Shown here: piece after piece, positions 9,656 through 19,283 of the stretch
Layout: each line of letters starts with the position of its first letter
Position numbering within the stretch: position 1 is the first letter of the stretch
Source: an uncultured Ignavibacteria bacterium
Lineage (GTDB): Bacteria > Zixibacteria > MSB-5A5 > CAIYYT01
DNA: 64,000 bases
NCBI GenBank assembly: GCA_964370935.1
Contig: CAYJKI010000003.1
Span: forward strand, 26,413 to 90,412
Direction: 5' to 3'
Notes under the pieces: model-generated
What the model was told of the DNA's origin: nothing
Seen by the model: the letters and a program-made list of their open reading frames with translations, nothing else
Database searches by the model: none
Translations under genes and position numbers: made by a program

Positions 9656-10406
9656 ATTTCTCAAGACAGCGCTTCTTGCCGCACAACGTGCTGACGAGAT
9701 TGCGATAAAGTACTTCCGTGACGGCGTTTCCGTAGAAATCAAGTCAGACCAAACACCGGTTACTGTCGCTGACCGTGAAGTTGAACGGGTCATCATAGAG
9801 ACGATCAAGAGAGACTTTCCTGACCACGGTTTTCTTGGCGAAGAGACCGGCAAGTCCTCGAATTCTAGCGACTATGTCTGGATCATCGACCCCATCGATG
9901 GCACCAAGAATTTCATCAGGAACATCCCGCTGTTCGGCACCCAGATCGCCCTGATGCACAAGCAGAAGTTGATCGTGGGAGTCTCGAGCATGCCCGCCAT
10001 GGGCGAGCTGCTTTATGCTGCTGATAACGCCGCATTTCTGAACGGTAAACCGGTGCGCGTGAGCGACGTTTCAGAGCTTGCACGGTCTGCCATGTCCTTT
10101 GCTGGACTGAATCGCTGGCCGGAGCAGATTCCCCAGGCAGAGTTGCTCAATCTCTTCGGTTCCATCGATCGTGTCCGCGCCTTTGGTGATTGCTACCCGT
10201 TCCATTTGGTTGCCACCGGTCGTCTCGAGGCCGTGGTCCAATCGAAGATTCACATTTGGGACATCGCAGCCCTGGTTGCGATTATTGAAGCAGCAGGAGG
10301 CAGATGTACCGATTTCGCAGGAAACCGCATTAGAATTGACAGCACCAACCTTCTGGCCAGCAATGGACGAATTCACGATCAAATACTGGACTACCTCAAG
10401 CACTGA
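9645..10406 (+). CDS. Inositol monophosphatase-family phosphatase (SuhB/HisN-like)
   Basis: IMPase motifs FLGEE, WIIDPIDGTKNF and WDIAA. I prefer the ATG at 9645 (MMNEFLK...), preceded by ggaaggag at 9633-9640, over the ORF-track start at 9615, which overlaps the upstream gene by 41 nt. Confidence 0.85.
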   Translation: MMNEFLKTALLAAQRADEIAIKYFRDGVSVEIKSDQTPVTVADREVERVIIETIKRDFPDHGFLGEETGKSSNSSDYVWIIDPIDGTKNFIRNIPLFGTQIALMHKQKLIVGVSSMPAMGELLYAADNAAFLNGKPVRVSDVSELARSAMSFAGLNRWPEQIPQAELLNLFGSIDRVRAFGDCYPFHLVATGRLEAVVQSKIHIWDIAALVAIIEAAGGRCTDFAGNRIRIDSTNLLASNGRIHDQILDYLKH

Positions 10407-10424
10407 TCGCGACAGAATTAGTTA

Positions 10425-11582
10425 GTGAAACGTATAATGAGAAGTATGACAATATCGACTCATGAGATTCGCAGGAGCTTGGTCACTCTCGTCTTGGTTT
10501 CTTTGCTCACTTCTTCATTGGCGTGTTCACAGAATACGAACAGCCTGGCGGGTGACCTTGCAAGTATTAAGCTCCCGCCCGGTTTCAAGATCAACATCTA
10601 TGCCGAGGACGTTAAGGGTGCACGATCACTTGCCCAGGGAAGTGATGGCACTTTATTTGTCTCGACGCGGGGCGAGCAGGTCTATGCAATCCGCGACACC
10701 AACCGCGACTTTCGCGCCGACCAGAAATTCATCATTGCATCGGGGCTTTTTATGCCGAACGGTGTCGCCTTTCACGATGGTTCGCTGTATGTCGCCGAGG
10801 TCAACCGCGTTCTCCGTTTTGACAATATCGAATCACGGCTGGCGAACCCGCCGGAACCGGTAGTGGTTTCAAGCGCGTTTCCGTCTGATACCTGGCACGG
10901 GTGGAAGTTCATTCGCTTTGGACCTGACGGAAAGCTTTACATCCCTGTTGGCGCTCCCTGTAACGTGTGCGAACGAGAGGATCAACGGTACGCTACCATC
11001 ATGCGCATGAACATCGACGGCAGTGGATTGGAAGTATTCGCGCGCGGCATTCGCAATACAGTCGGATTTGACTGGCACCCTGTGACCAAGGAACTGTGGT
11101 TCACGGACAATGGCCGGGATATGCTCGGCGACGACATCCCGCCGGATGAACTCAATCACGCTCCGAATCAGGGATTGCATTTCGGCTTTCCGTATTGCCA
11201 CGCCGGTACAATTCTCGATCCGGAAGAAGGGGATGGGAAAAACTGCCTGATGTACACACCACCGGCGCAGAGGCTGGGACCGCACGTAGCGTCGCTCGGG
11301 ATGCGTTTTTACACCGGATCAATGTTTCCGCAAGAATATCGCAATCGTATATTCATCGCTGAACATGGCTCGTGGAATCGCAGTAAGCCGATCGGCTATC
11401 GAATTACGACGGTTCGTCTGGAAGGCAACAAGGCGGTTGCCTACGAGGTTTTTGCCGAAGGGTGGCTGACCGCTTCCGGTCCGACCGGTCGGCCAGTCGA
11501 CATTGAGCAGCTTTCCGATGGATCGCTTCTGATTTCGGATGATCACGGGGACAGAATCTACCGCATTACCTATTCCAAGTAG
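10425..11582 (+). CDS. PQQ-dependent sugar (glucose/sorbosone) dehydrogenase-family protein, exported
   Basis: Signal/lipoprotein-like N-terminus (LLTSSLACSQ). Beta-propeller sGDH/sorbosone dehydrogenase motifs (GVAFHDGSLYVAE, IRNTVGFDWHP, LWFTDNGRD, DELN, HFGFPYCH, LLISDD). Confidence 0.8.
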   Translation: MKRIMRSMTISTHEIRRSLVTLVLVSLLTSSLACSQNTNSLAGDLASIKLPPGFKINIYAEDVKGARSLAQGSDGTLFVSTRGEQVYAIRDTNRDFRADQKFIIASGLFMPNGVAFHDGSLYVAEVNRVLRFDNIESRLANPPEPVVVSSAFPSDTWHGWKFIRFGPDGKLYIPVGAPCNVCEREDQRYATIMRMNIDGSGLEVFARGIRNTVGFDWHPVTKELWFTDNGRDMLGDDIPPDELNHAPNQGLHFGFPYCHAGTILDPEEGDGKNCLMYTPPAQRLGPHVASLGMRFYTGSMFPQEYRNRIFIAEHGSWNRSKPIGYRITTVRLEGNKAVAYEVFAEGWLTASGPTGRPVDIEQLSDGSLLISDDHGDRIYRITYSK

Positions 11583-11587
11583 TCAAA

Positions 11588-12091
11588 ATGGCTGTACGCG
11601 AAATACTCTTGCTTGGCAATCCGCTTCTGCTTCAGTCATGTGATGAAGTGCGGCGCGACGAGCTCGAATCGTTAGGGCCGGTCATTCAGGATCTCCACGA
11701 TACGTTGCTTGATTTTCGTCGGCGTTACAATGCCGGTCGTGCAATTGCAGCACCGCAAATCGGCGTGATGAAGCGATTGGTCTTTATGCAGATCGATGAA
11801 CCGACTGTTTTCATCAATCCGGCCCTCAACGAGTTGAGTGAAGACACATTTGAGCTTTGGGACGACTGTATGTCGTTTCCGGACTTGTTCGTGCGAGTCC
11901 GCCGGCATTGCAGTTGTCAGATTACTTACCGCGACCTCGAGTGGATTGAGCGCAAGATGACGCTCAAGGACGATCTCTCGGAGTTATTACAACACGAAAT
12001 AGACCATCTTAATGGCATCCTAGCCGTTTCTCGGGCGATCGACGGTGCTTCCTTCTCCCTGCGAAGTCAGCGCCGGCACCTCTCGCGTTAA
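11588..12091 (+). CDS. Peptide deformylase paralogue (divergent motifs)
   Basis: The three PDF motifs are present but non-canonical: GRAIAAPQIG (motif 1), DDCMSFPD (motif 2, Cys retained) and QHEIDHLNG (HExxH). Confidence 0.8.
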   Translation: MAVREILLLGNPLLLQSCDEVRRDELESLGPVIQDLHDTLLDFRRRYNAGRAIAAPQIGVMKRLVFMQIDEPTVFINPALNELSEDTFELWDDCMSFPDLFVRVRRHCSCQITYRDLEWIERKMTLKDDLSELLQHEIDHLNGILAVSRAIDGASFSLRSQRRHLSR

Positions 12092-12174
12092 CTCTTCGCA
12101 TTGAAACTACTTGCGCAGCAATTGCTGGATTCGTGGCTGTGAACAATCCGTGCATCAAGAGGGGTAAATACCTG

Positions 12175-12202
12175 TTGACTCTCAACTTCGTGTGGTTATA
12201 TT
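12175..12202 (+). promoter_or_regulatory. Candidate sigma70-type promoter for secDF
   Basis: ttgact (12175-12180), a 16-nt spacer, then tatatt (12197-12202), about 65 nt upstream of the secD ATG. An RBS (ggagga) lies just before 12269. Confidence 0.35.
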
Positions 12203-12268
12203 ACCCGACTAATTGTCTGAGACCTCAATTGGGTTCATTTGAATTAACGACGGAGGATATTCCCTGAT

Positions 12269-13909
12269 ATGAAAGGCGATACCTGGAAGGTAGTTTTGAC
12301 GATTGTATTGATCGTCGTAGCTATCGTTTATCTTTGGCCCACCTACCAGTATTTCACGATGAGTGATTCTGCGCGCGAAACAATGAGGACGAGCGATCCG
12401 GATGGATTTGCCGCACTCCAGAAAAAGGCGCTGAAACTGGGACTTGACCTTCAAGGCGGCATGCGTGTTGTGCTTGAAGTTGACAAATCGAAATTGGACG
12501 AGAACGCTGCAAAAGATGCACGCGAGCGCGCCCTTGAAATCATTCGCAATCGCGTGGATGAGTTTGGCGTTGCCGAGCCGGTCATTCAGGCGCAGGGCGA
12601 CGACCGAATTGTGGTTGAGTTGCCGGCGCTTCAGGATCCTGATCGTGCGCGCAATCTCATCGGCAAAACGGCTCTGCTTGAGTTCAAGATTGTCGAGAGC
12701 CCGGAAAACAGCGATATGCTGGTGAAGCGTTTGGATCCGATCGCGGCCAAGATAGCCGGCGGAGAATCCAGCACTGCCCCTGCCGATACTTCGGCCAATC
12801 CTTTCGTCGACCCATTCGGAGATACGACAAAGACGGCGGATTCCGCGAGCGCTTTTGCGGATATTGACGATGCAAGTGCAACCGGGTTATCCCAGTACAT
12901 GAGTTATGCCGGCCCGTTCTATGCAGTCGCCGAAACTGATTTTAATACAGTTAATCGCATTCTCGATGATCCCACAATTAAGGCGGCTATTCCACCCGAT
13001 GTCGAATTTGCCTGGAGTACCCGCAGTGAACTGATCAACGGCCAAAGAATTCGTCCGCTTTATCTTCTGAAGAAGAAGATCGAAATGAGCGGGACGCATT
13101 TGACTGACGCTAATCCGAATTATGACCAGTTCCACAAGCCGGTCGTCGACTTTGTATTTGATCGCGAAGGCGGCGAAATGTTTGGCCGCGTGACCGGGCC
13201 TAATATCGGCAAACCGCTGGCGATCCTGCTCGACGGTAAAGTTGAATCTGCACCAAATATCCGTTCTAAGATCCGCGATAAAGGTCAGATCACCCTCGGT
13301 GGAGCGGCGACGTTCTTTGATGCTAAGGACCTCGCGACGATTCTCCGCGCCGGTGCGCTTCCTGCGCCGGTGAAAATTGTCGAGAACAACGTCATTGGTC
13401 CGACACTTGGAAAAGACTCCATTGAAGCCGGAAAGCTCGGCTTGGGTGTGGCGCTGATTCTAATCATTCTGTTTATGTTGATCTACTACCGGACTTCCGG
13501 TGTTATCGCCAATCTGGTGCTTATCACCAACGTCTTCTTCCTGATGGCCGTGATGGCCGGACTGGGAGCCACGTTGACACTGCCGGGTATTGCCGGGATT
13601 ATCTTGACGATGGGCCTGGCGGTAGACTCTTCCGTGCTGATTTTTGAGCGCATTCGCGACGAAATTCGCGCCGGCAAGACGGTCAAAGCTGCAATTGATG
13701 CGGGATATTCGCGGGCTTCGGTTCCGATTATCGACAGCAACATTACCAACCTGATTGCCGCCGGCGTGCTTTATTATTTCGGCAGCGGCACGGTCAAGGG
13801 TTTTGCTGTCACACTAGGTGTCGGTATCATTGTATCGCTTTATACCGCACTGGTCATCGGTAAACTGGCATTCAACCTGCGCAAGGGCGCAGCTAAACTA
13901 AGCATATAG
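12269..13909 (+). CDS. secD: Protein translocase subunit SecD
   Basis: 546 aa. N-terminal TM, large periplasmic domain (LKLGLDLQGGMRVVLEV...) and a C-terminal 5-TM SecD/SecF domain (YYRTSGVIANLVLITNVFF...LTLPGIAGIILTMGLAVDSSVLIFERIRDE). Followed by secF. Confidence 0.93.
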   Translation: MKGDTWKVVLTIVLIVVAIVYLWPTYQYFTMSDSARETMRTSDPDGFAALQKKALKLGLDLQGGMRVVLEVDKSKLDENAAKDARERALEIIRNRVDEFGVAEPVIQAQGDDRIVVELPALQDPDRARNLIGKTALLEFKIVESPENSDMLVKRLDPIAAKIAGGESSTAPADTSANPFVDPFGDTTKTADSASAFADIDDASATGLSQYMSYAGPFYAVAETDFNTVNRILDDPTIKAAIPPDVEFAWSTRSELINGQRIRPLYLLKKKIEMSGTHLTDANPNYDQFHKPVVDFVFDREGGEMFGRVTGPNIGKPLAILLDGKVESAPNIRSKIRDKGQITLGGAATFFDAKDLATILRAGALPAPVKIVENNVIGPTLGKDSIEAGKLGLGVALILIILFMLIYYRTSGVIANLVLITNVFFLMAVMAGLGATLTLPGIAGIILTMGLAVDSSVLIFERIRDEIRAGKTVKAAIDAGYSRASVPIIDSNITNLIAAGVLYYFGSGTVKGFAVTLGVGIIVSLYTALVIGKLAFNLRKGAAKLSI

Positions 13910-13925
13910 TTGGAGATTTGGGAAA

Positions 13926-14849
13926 ATGCAGCTAATTGGTCAGACTAAGATAGATTTCATCGGAAAGCGCAAGTACGCCTACGTGCTTTCGAGTATTCTG
14001 GTGATTCTCGGGATTGTCTCACTGGCAATCATCTTCCTCGGGCAAGCCGATCTCTCGATCGATTTCTCCGGTGGAACGATGATTCGAGGAAACTTCGATC
14101 AAGCCGTCTCGGTCGGCGATGTGCGTTCAGCGCTCGCAAGAGGCGGATATCAGGACGCCAGCATTCAGCAGGTCTTTGGCTCGGTTCAGAATATGTTCCT
14201 GGTACGGGTAGGTATCGCAACAAGCGGTTCCGGCGAAGAAACCGAAGCACACAAGATCATCGCAGTCTTTGAACGTGAATTTCCAGCAAACCGCTTCACG
14301 CTCGACTCGGTTCAGGAAGTCGGGCCAACAATCGGTAAGGAATTGCAGCGTCAGGCCGGTGTAGCGATGGTCATCGCCTTGATCGGTATCCTGATCTATA
14401 TCATGATTCGCTTCGACTTCCGCTTCTCCGTGGCGGCGATTGTCTCGACGTTCCACGATGTACTGGCAGTTCTGGGAATCATGTTTATTCTGCAGCGAGA
14501 AATTTCGCTGTTGGTTCTGTCGGCTTTACTGACCCTGATTGGTTATTCACTGCAAGACAAGGTGGTTGTCTTTGACCGAATTCGCGAGAACCTAAAGATG
14601 TTCCGCAAGAAGGGCGATTTTGTAGAGGCCATCAACCTGTCGATTAATCAAGTTCTGTCACGCACCCTGGTAACGCAGTTGAACGCCATCATCTGTATTT
14701 TGGTAATTTTGTTTGTGTGCGGACCGGTGGTGCGAGACTTCGCACTCGCCTTGGCGTTCGGACTATTGATTGGCACCTACTCCTCGATTTTTGTCGCTTC
14801 GACTTTGGTCGCGGAATGGGAACTGCGCTCGCCGAAACGCTTTAAATAG
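13926..14849 (+). CDS. secF: Protein translocase subunit SecF
   Basis: 307 aa. Contains IDFIGKRKYAYVLS, DFSGGT, a SecD/F membrane domain and DKVVVFDRIREN. Confidence 0.92.
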   Translation: MQLIGQTKIDFIGKRKYAYVLSSILVILGIVSLAIIFLGQADLSIDFSGGTMIRGNFDQAVSVGDVRSALARGGYQDASIQQVFGSVQNMFLVRVGIATSGSGEETEAHKIIAVFEREFPANRFTLDSVQEVGPTIGKELQRQAGVAMVIALIGILIYIMIRFDFRFSVAAIVSTFHDVLAVLGIMFILQREISLLVLSALLTLIGYSLQDKVVVFDRIRENLKMFRKKGDFVEAINLSINQVLSRTLVTQLNAIICILVILFVCGPVVRDFALALAFGLLIGTYSSIFVASTLVAEWELRSPKRFK

Positions 14850-14876
14850 CTGATTCGAATCATATTTTGACATGAC

Positions 14877-14905
14877 AAGGGTGTCCCACACGGGACGCCC
14901 TTTTT
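14877..14905 (+). terminator. Rho-independent terminator after secF
   Basis: Stem gggtgtccc / gggacgccc (9 bp with one G.U), loop acac, followed by ttttt at 14901-14905. Located 28 nt after the secF stop. Confidence 0.7.
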
Positions 14906-14991
14906 GTTAGAGTGAGGAAACTCTTGGCACATGGACGCTGTTTTCCTAAATTAGAAACAGTTAGAGTGTTTTGTCAGTGAAAGGAACCGTG

Positions 14992-16872
14992 ATGCAAAAT
15001 TTGACGCGCAATATCAACGACATCTTCAGAGTCGGTTTGGCGCTCGCCATGGAAGTCGCTGCCCCGACCCGATCCGGCGGTGTGCGTCAACGTTCGGACA
15101 TAGCTGAAAAGTACAAATGGCGGCTCGATCACATTTATAACTCCGCCGATGACTGGCGCAATGATCTAGTCCGAGTCAAGGACATGCTTCCCAAGGTTGC
15201 GACCTTTCAGGGAAATCTCGCTTCTTCGGGACAGGTGCTATTTGAGTGCTTCGATCATCGTGACAAGGCATCAGTTCTGTTTTACAAGTTGTACATCTAT
15301 GCTCATCTGAAACTGGATGAAGACAATCGCGACAGCCAGTACCAGTCCATGACGGACGAGATTGCCGCGCTGTCGACCGTCTTTGCCGAAGCGGGGTCAT
15401 TCATCACTCCGGAAATTATGGCGATCGATGATGACCGCCTTGACGAGATGAAAATCGAGTGTCCCGAGTTGCGGCTCTACGATCACCACCTCGATGAGAT
15501 GCGCCGCATGAAGGACCACATTCTTTCGCCGGAAGAAGAACGCATCCTTGCCCTGGTCGGCAATGTCAGCCGCGGGCCGTCGCAGATCTTCCGCATGATC
15601 GATGATGCCGACATCAAGTTCGGCGATGTTGTCGATGAAAAGGGCGAGAAGATCGCTTTGACAAAACAACGCTACTATGACTTGCTTGAGTCCAAAGACC
15701 GCCGCGTCCGCAAAGAGTCAATGGAGGTTTTCGTCAACGCTTATAAGGGATTTGTCAATACGCTTGGCGCAACGTTGTCGACCTCCGTCTATAAGGACTT
15801 GTTCTACGCCAAGACACGTCAGTACAAAACTTGCCTCGAGTCTGCACTTGACGCCGACAATATCCCGGAAGAGACCTACCGCAATCTGGTCACGACTGTA
15901 GATTCGCATTTGGGCGTCTTGCATCGCTATGCTACACTGCGCAAGAAAGTGCTGGGCGTTGATGAATTGAAGCCTTACGACATGTATGTTCCGTTGGTGC
16001 CGGATGCGAAAATCAAGATCTCGTATGATGATGCTGTCCGCCGAATTCTCGAGGGTTTGTGGCCACTCGGCAAGGACTATCTCGGCGATCTCAAGACCGC
16101 TTTTGAGTCCGGCTGGGTCGATGTCTATGAGTCGGAAGGCAAGGGGAGCGGGGCGTACTCCTGGAGTACCTATGCGACGCATCCCTATGTGCTGATGAAT
16201 TACAACGACACGCTCGATAACATGTTCACACTCGCGCACGAGATGGGACATGCGATGCACTCGTACTATTCCAAGAAGTTCCAGCCTTACATTTACTCGG
16301 GCCACTCGATCTTCACCGCCGAGGTAGCATCGACTACCAATGAAGAGCTGCTGATGCACTATATGCTCGATCGCGTCGAAACCAAAGAGCAGAAGGCGTA
16401 TTTGCTAAGCTACTACATTCAGCAGATCGTCGGGACTTTCTTCACGCAGGTGATGTACTCGCAATTTGAGTATGAGATTCACAAGGATGTGGAGGAAGGC
16501 AAACCGCTTTCGGCTGACGTGCTCCGGCAGACTTTCAGAAAGATCTACCAGAAGTTCTGGGGTCCGGAGATGATACTTGAAGAATACTCCGACATCAGCT
16601 GTCTGCGGATTCCGCACTTCTACCGGGCGTTCTATGTCTATCAGTATGCCACGAGCTATTCGGCAGCGACAATGATCGCTGAACGCTTACTCAAGGGCGA
16701 TGAACAACAGCGGGTAGCTTATCTCAAATTCCTGCAGTCGGGCGAGTCCAAGTATCCGATCGACACCTTGCAAGAGGCCGGCGTGGATTTGACCAAGTCC
16801 GATGCCATCGAGGCGACTGCGCGGTTATTCGGTCGATTAGTCGATGAACTGGAAGCGCTGTTAGTGAAGTAG
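14992..16872 (+). CDS. pepF: Oligoendopeptidase F (M3B metallopeptidase)
   Basis: Zinc motif LAHEMGHAMH, with M3B-typical length and N-terminal region (KYKWRLDHIY). The ORF track starts at TTG 14971. I prefer ATG 14992, 7 nt after aaaggaa. The start is uncertain by +/-21 nt. Confidence 0.88.
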   Translation: MQNLTRNINDIFRVGLALAMEVAAPTRSGGVRQRSDIAEKYKWRLDHIYNSADDWRNDLVRVKDMLPKVATFQGNLASSGQVLFECFDHRDKASVLFYKLYIYAHLKLDEDNRDSQYQSMTDEIAALSTVFAEAGSFITPEIMAIDDDRLDEMKIECPELRLYDHHLDEMRRMKDHILSPEEERILALVGNVSRGPSQIFRMIDDADIKFGDVVDEKGEKIALTKQRYYDLLESKDRRVRKESMEVFVNAYKGFVNTLGATLSTSVYKDLFYAKTRQYKTCLESALDADNIPEETYRNLVTTVDSHLGVLHRYATLRKKVLGVDELKPYDMYVPLVPDAKIKISYDDAVRRILEGLWPLGKDYLGDLKTAFESGWVDVYESEGKGSGAYSWSTYATHPYVLMNYNDTLDNMFTLAHEMGHAMHSYYSKKFQPYIYSGHSIFTAEVASTTNEELLMHYMLDRVETKEQKAYLLSYYIQQIVGTFFTQVMYSQFEYEIHKDVEEGKPLSADVLRQTFRKIYQKFWGPEMILEEYSDISCLRIPHFYRAFYVYQYATSYSAATMIAERLLKGDEQQRVAYLKFLQSGESKYPIDTLQEAGVDLTKSDAIEATARLFGRLVDELEALLVK

Positions 16873-16903
16873 TGAGACTTCCGGCCGACTGAACCGTTGG
16901 TGT

Positions 16904-17335
16904 TTATGTCGGCCTCTTTCCCCGAGCCTGCTGCAACGTAATCATCCGGTACAATCTTGAGCGGTTATAACGCTGAAGCATCGTCAGATAGAGATTCAAC
17001 ATGCCAAAGAGCACCATAATCACACTTCCGGTGCTTTGGCCGCGCCGCAGAAACATCACCACCATAACAATACAGAAGATCAGAAAGAGCAGATGGACGG
17101 TTTCGTTGAAACGCGACCAGCGTTCAGTTCGACTAATTGATTCGATTGATCGGGAGCTGACAACAAAGTAGGCGTATAATTCTCTCTTTGGTCGCAATTG
17201 GAGAACAAATCGACCCGCCGTGCCACGAACAACTTGCCCGAATATTCCGACGCCTAACGCGCGGTAGAGCGCGCCGCTTTCTTCAAAACTCTTTGGGAGA
17301 AAATACCAATCAAAGGTGCTTGCTTGAGCTGTCAT
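16904..17335 (-). CDS. Small membrane protein, CrtO (glycosyl-4,4'-diaponeurosporenoate acyltransferase)-like
   Basis: 143 aa with hydrophobic helices. The C-terminal LQRYNRSRL motif and an N-terminal ...GALYRALGVGIFGQ resemble my recollection of the staphylococcal CrtO family (..VQRYNRPRL..). The assignment is from memory only. Confidence 0.4.
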   Translation of the reverse strand: MTAQASTFDWYFLPKSFEESGALYRALGVGIFGQVVRGTAGRFVLQLRPKRELYAYFVVSSRSIESISRTERWSRFNETVHLLFLIFCIVMVVMFLRRGQSTGSVIMVLFGMLNLYLTMLQRYNRSRLYRMITLQQARGKRPT

Positions 17336-17400
17336 AGCTGAAAACGTCCATTATTGTTGGACGATTCGCAAGCTTCCATCGTGTCGGAATAGCCCTGCGG

Positions 17401-19089
17401 CTATCCTTCTTTTTGCTCGATCTTTGCCCAGGTATCTCGCAGACCGACTGTGCGATTGAACACGAGACGGTTTTCTTGGCTTTCTCTGTCGGTACAAAAG
17501 TAACCCGTGCGCATGAATTGATAGCGCGATCCCGGTTTCGAGTCTCTTAAGGCCGGTTCAACGAGCGCGTTGGTTAATACTTCGAGCGATTCGGGATTGA
17601 GATTCGATTTCCAGTCCTGTCCTTCCGGCACATTGTCGGGATTCTCGCTGCGGAAGAGACGATCATACAAGCGGACTTCCGCCGAAATAGCGTGCTGTGC
17701 CGAAACCCAGTGCAGAGTGCCCTTCACCTTGCGTCCCTCGCCGGCAGAACCACTCTTAGTCTCCGGATCGTAGCTGCAGCGCAGTTCGATGATTCTGCCA
17801 TCGGTGTCTTTGACGACCTCTTCGCACTTGATGATATAGGCGTTCTTGAGTCGCACTTCGGCGCCGGGCGAAAGACGGAAGTATTTCTTGGGTGGATCCT
17901 CGCGGAAGTCATCCTGCTCAATGAATAGTTCGCCGGAGAACGGAATCATTCGCGAGCCGGCCGACTCATCTTCCGGATTGTTGATTGCCTCAAGTTGTTC
18001 AACCTGACCCTTAGGGTAGTTGGTGATTACCAGCTTCAGTGGTCTTAGAACGGCCATGACGCGATGTGTTATCCGATTCAGGTGTTCGCGTACGCAATGT
18101 TCGAGCAATGCAATGTCCACGGTGCTGGCGGCTTTGGCTACGCCAATCCGGTCGCAGAATTCGCGGATTGCTTCGGGGGTGTATCCGAGGCGACGCATGC
18201 CGCAAATCGTGGGCATACGCGGATCATCCCAGCCGTTGACCAGACCTTCCTTGACCAATTGCAGCAGTTTGCGTTTGCTCATGACTGTGTAGGTCAAGTT
18301 TAGCCGCGCGAATTCAATTTGCTGCGGGTGATAGATTTCCAATTCGTCGAGAAACCAATTGTAAAGCGGACGGTGGTCTTCAAATTCCAGCGTGCAAATC
18401 GAGTGCGTGATCTTCTCCATCGAGTCCGACTGTCCGTGCGCGTAATCGTACATCGGGTAGATGCACCATTTGTCGCCGGTGCGGTGATGTGTGCTCCGGA
18501 GGATTCGATATAGCACCGGGTCGCGCATGTTGATGTTGCCAGACGCCATATCGATTTTGGCGCGCAAAGTCTTGGTACCGTCAGGGAACTCGCCTTTGCG
18601 CATGCGCTCGAACAGATCAAGATTCTCTTCGATCGAACGATTGCGATAGGGGCTCTCTTTGCCGGGCGAGGTCAAAGATCCGCGGTATTCGCGCACCTGG
18701 TCGCCGGTCAAGTCGCAGACAAAGGCTTTGCCTTTCTTGATTAGCTTGACCGCCCAATCATAGAGCTGGTCGTAATAATCCGATGCGTAGAAGAGCCGAT
18801 CCTGCCAGTCGAAGCCGAGCCACTTGACATCTTCGATAATGGCTTTGACATATTCGTCTTCTTCTTTTTCCGGATTTGTATCATCCATACGCAGATTAGT
18901 CTTGCCTCCGTATTCAGCTGCAAGGCCGAAATTAAGGCAGATCGATTTTGCGTGGCCGATATGCAGGTAACCGTTGGGCTCCGGCGGAAAACGCGTGTGG
19001 ACACGTCCCTCGAATTTGCCGGTCTTCAAGTCTTCTTCAACGATTTGCTTAATGAAATTCGACGGGCGAGTGATTTCTTCGTTCGCCAT
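17401..19089 (-). CDS. glnS: Glutamine--tRNA ligase (GlnRS)
   Basis: The N-terminus [15 protein letters not shown]...[26 protein letters not shown] nearly matches E. coli GlnRS. HIGH motif and VMSKR (KMSKS) motif present. 562 aa. Confidence 0.95.
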   Translation of the reverse strand: MANEEITRPSNFIKQIVEEDLKTGKFEGRVHTRFPPEPNGYLHIGHAKSICLNFGLAAEYGGKTNLRMDDTNPEKEEDEYVKAIIEDVKWLGFDWQDRLFYASDYYDQLYDWAVKLIKKGKAFVCDLTGDQVREYRGSLTSPGKESPYRNRSIEENLDLFERMRKGEFPDGTKTLRAKIDMASGNINMRDPVLYRILRSTHHRTGDKWCIYPMYDYAHGQSDSMEKITHSICTLEFEDHRPLYNWFLDELEIYHPQQIEFARLNLTYTVMSKRKLLQLVKEGLVNGWDDPRMPTICGMRRLGYTPEAIREFCDRIGVAKAASTVDIALLEHCVREHLNRITHRVMAVLRPLKLVITNYPKGQVEQLEAINNPEDESAGSRMIPFSGELFIEQDDFREDPPKKYFRLSPGAEVRLKNAYIIKCEEVVKDTDGRIIELRCSYDPETKSGSAGEGRKVKGTLHWVSAQHAISAEVRLYDRLFRSENPDNVPEGQDWKSNLNPESLEVLTNALVEPALRDSKPGSRYQFMRTGYFCTDRESQENRLVFNRTVGLRDTWAKIEQKEG

Positions 19090-19208
19090 ATATTTTCAAC
19101 CTCTCACTGTCAACAGTTGTTCATCGCCTGAGGAGAATTCGCCATCGAGTTCACCACACCAAGTAACTCAAGCGTGGTTGTCGCATTCGATGTTATCGGC
19201 AAGGATAC

Positions 19209-19243
19209 AAAAAAACAGCAGAGATGCTAAGTGATTTCTCCGC
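19209..19243 (-). terminator. Candidate rho-independent terminator after the CotH-family gene
   Basis: On the minus strand: gcggaga...tctctgc (7-bp stem with one G.U, 12-nt loop), then tgttttttt (A-run 19209-19215 on the + strand). Located about 40 nt past the stop at 19284. Confidence 0.45.
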
Positions 19244-19283
19244 TCAATTCAGGGGAGATAGGGCAAAACGCGAGGTCCGTCGT

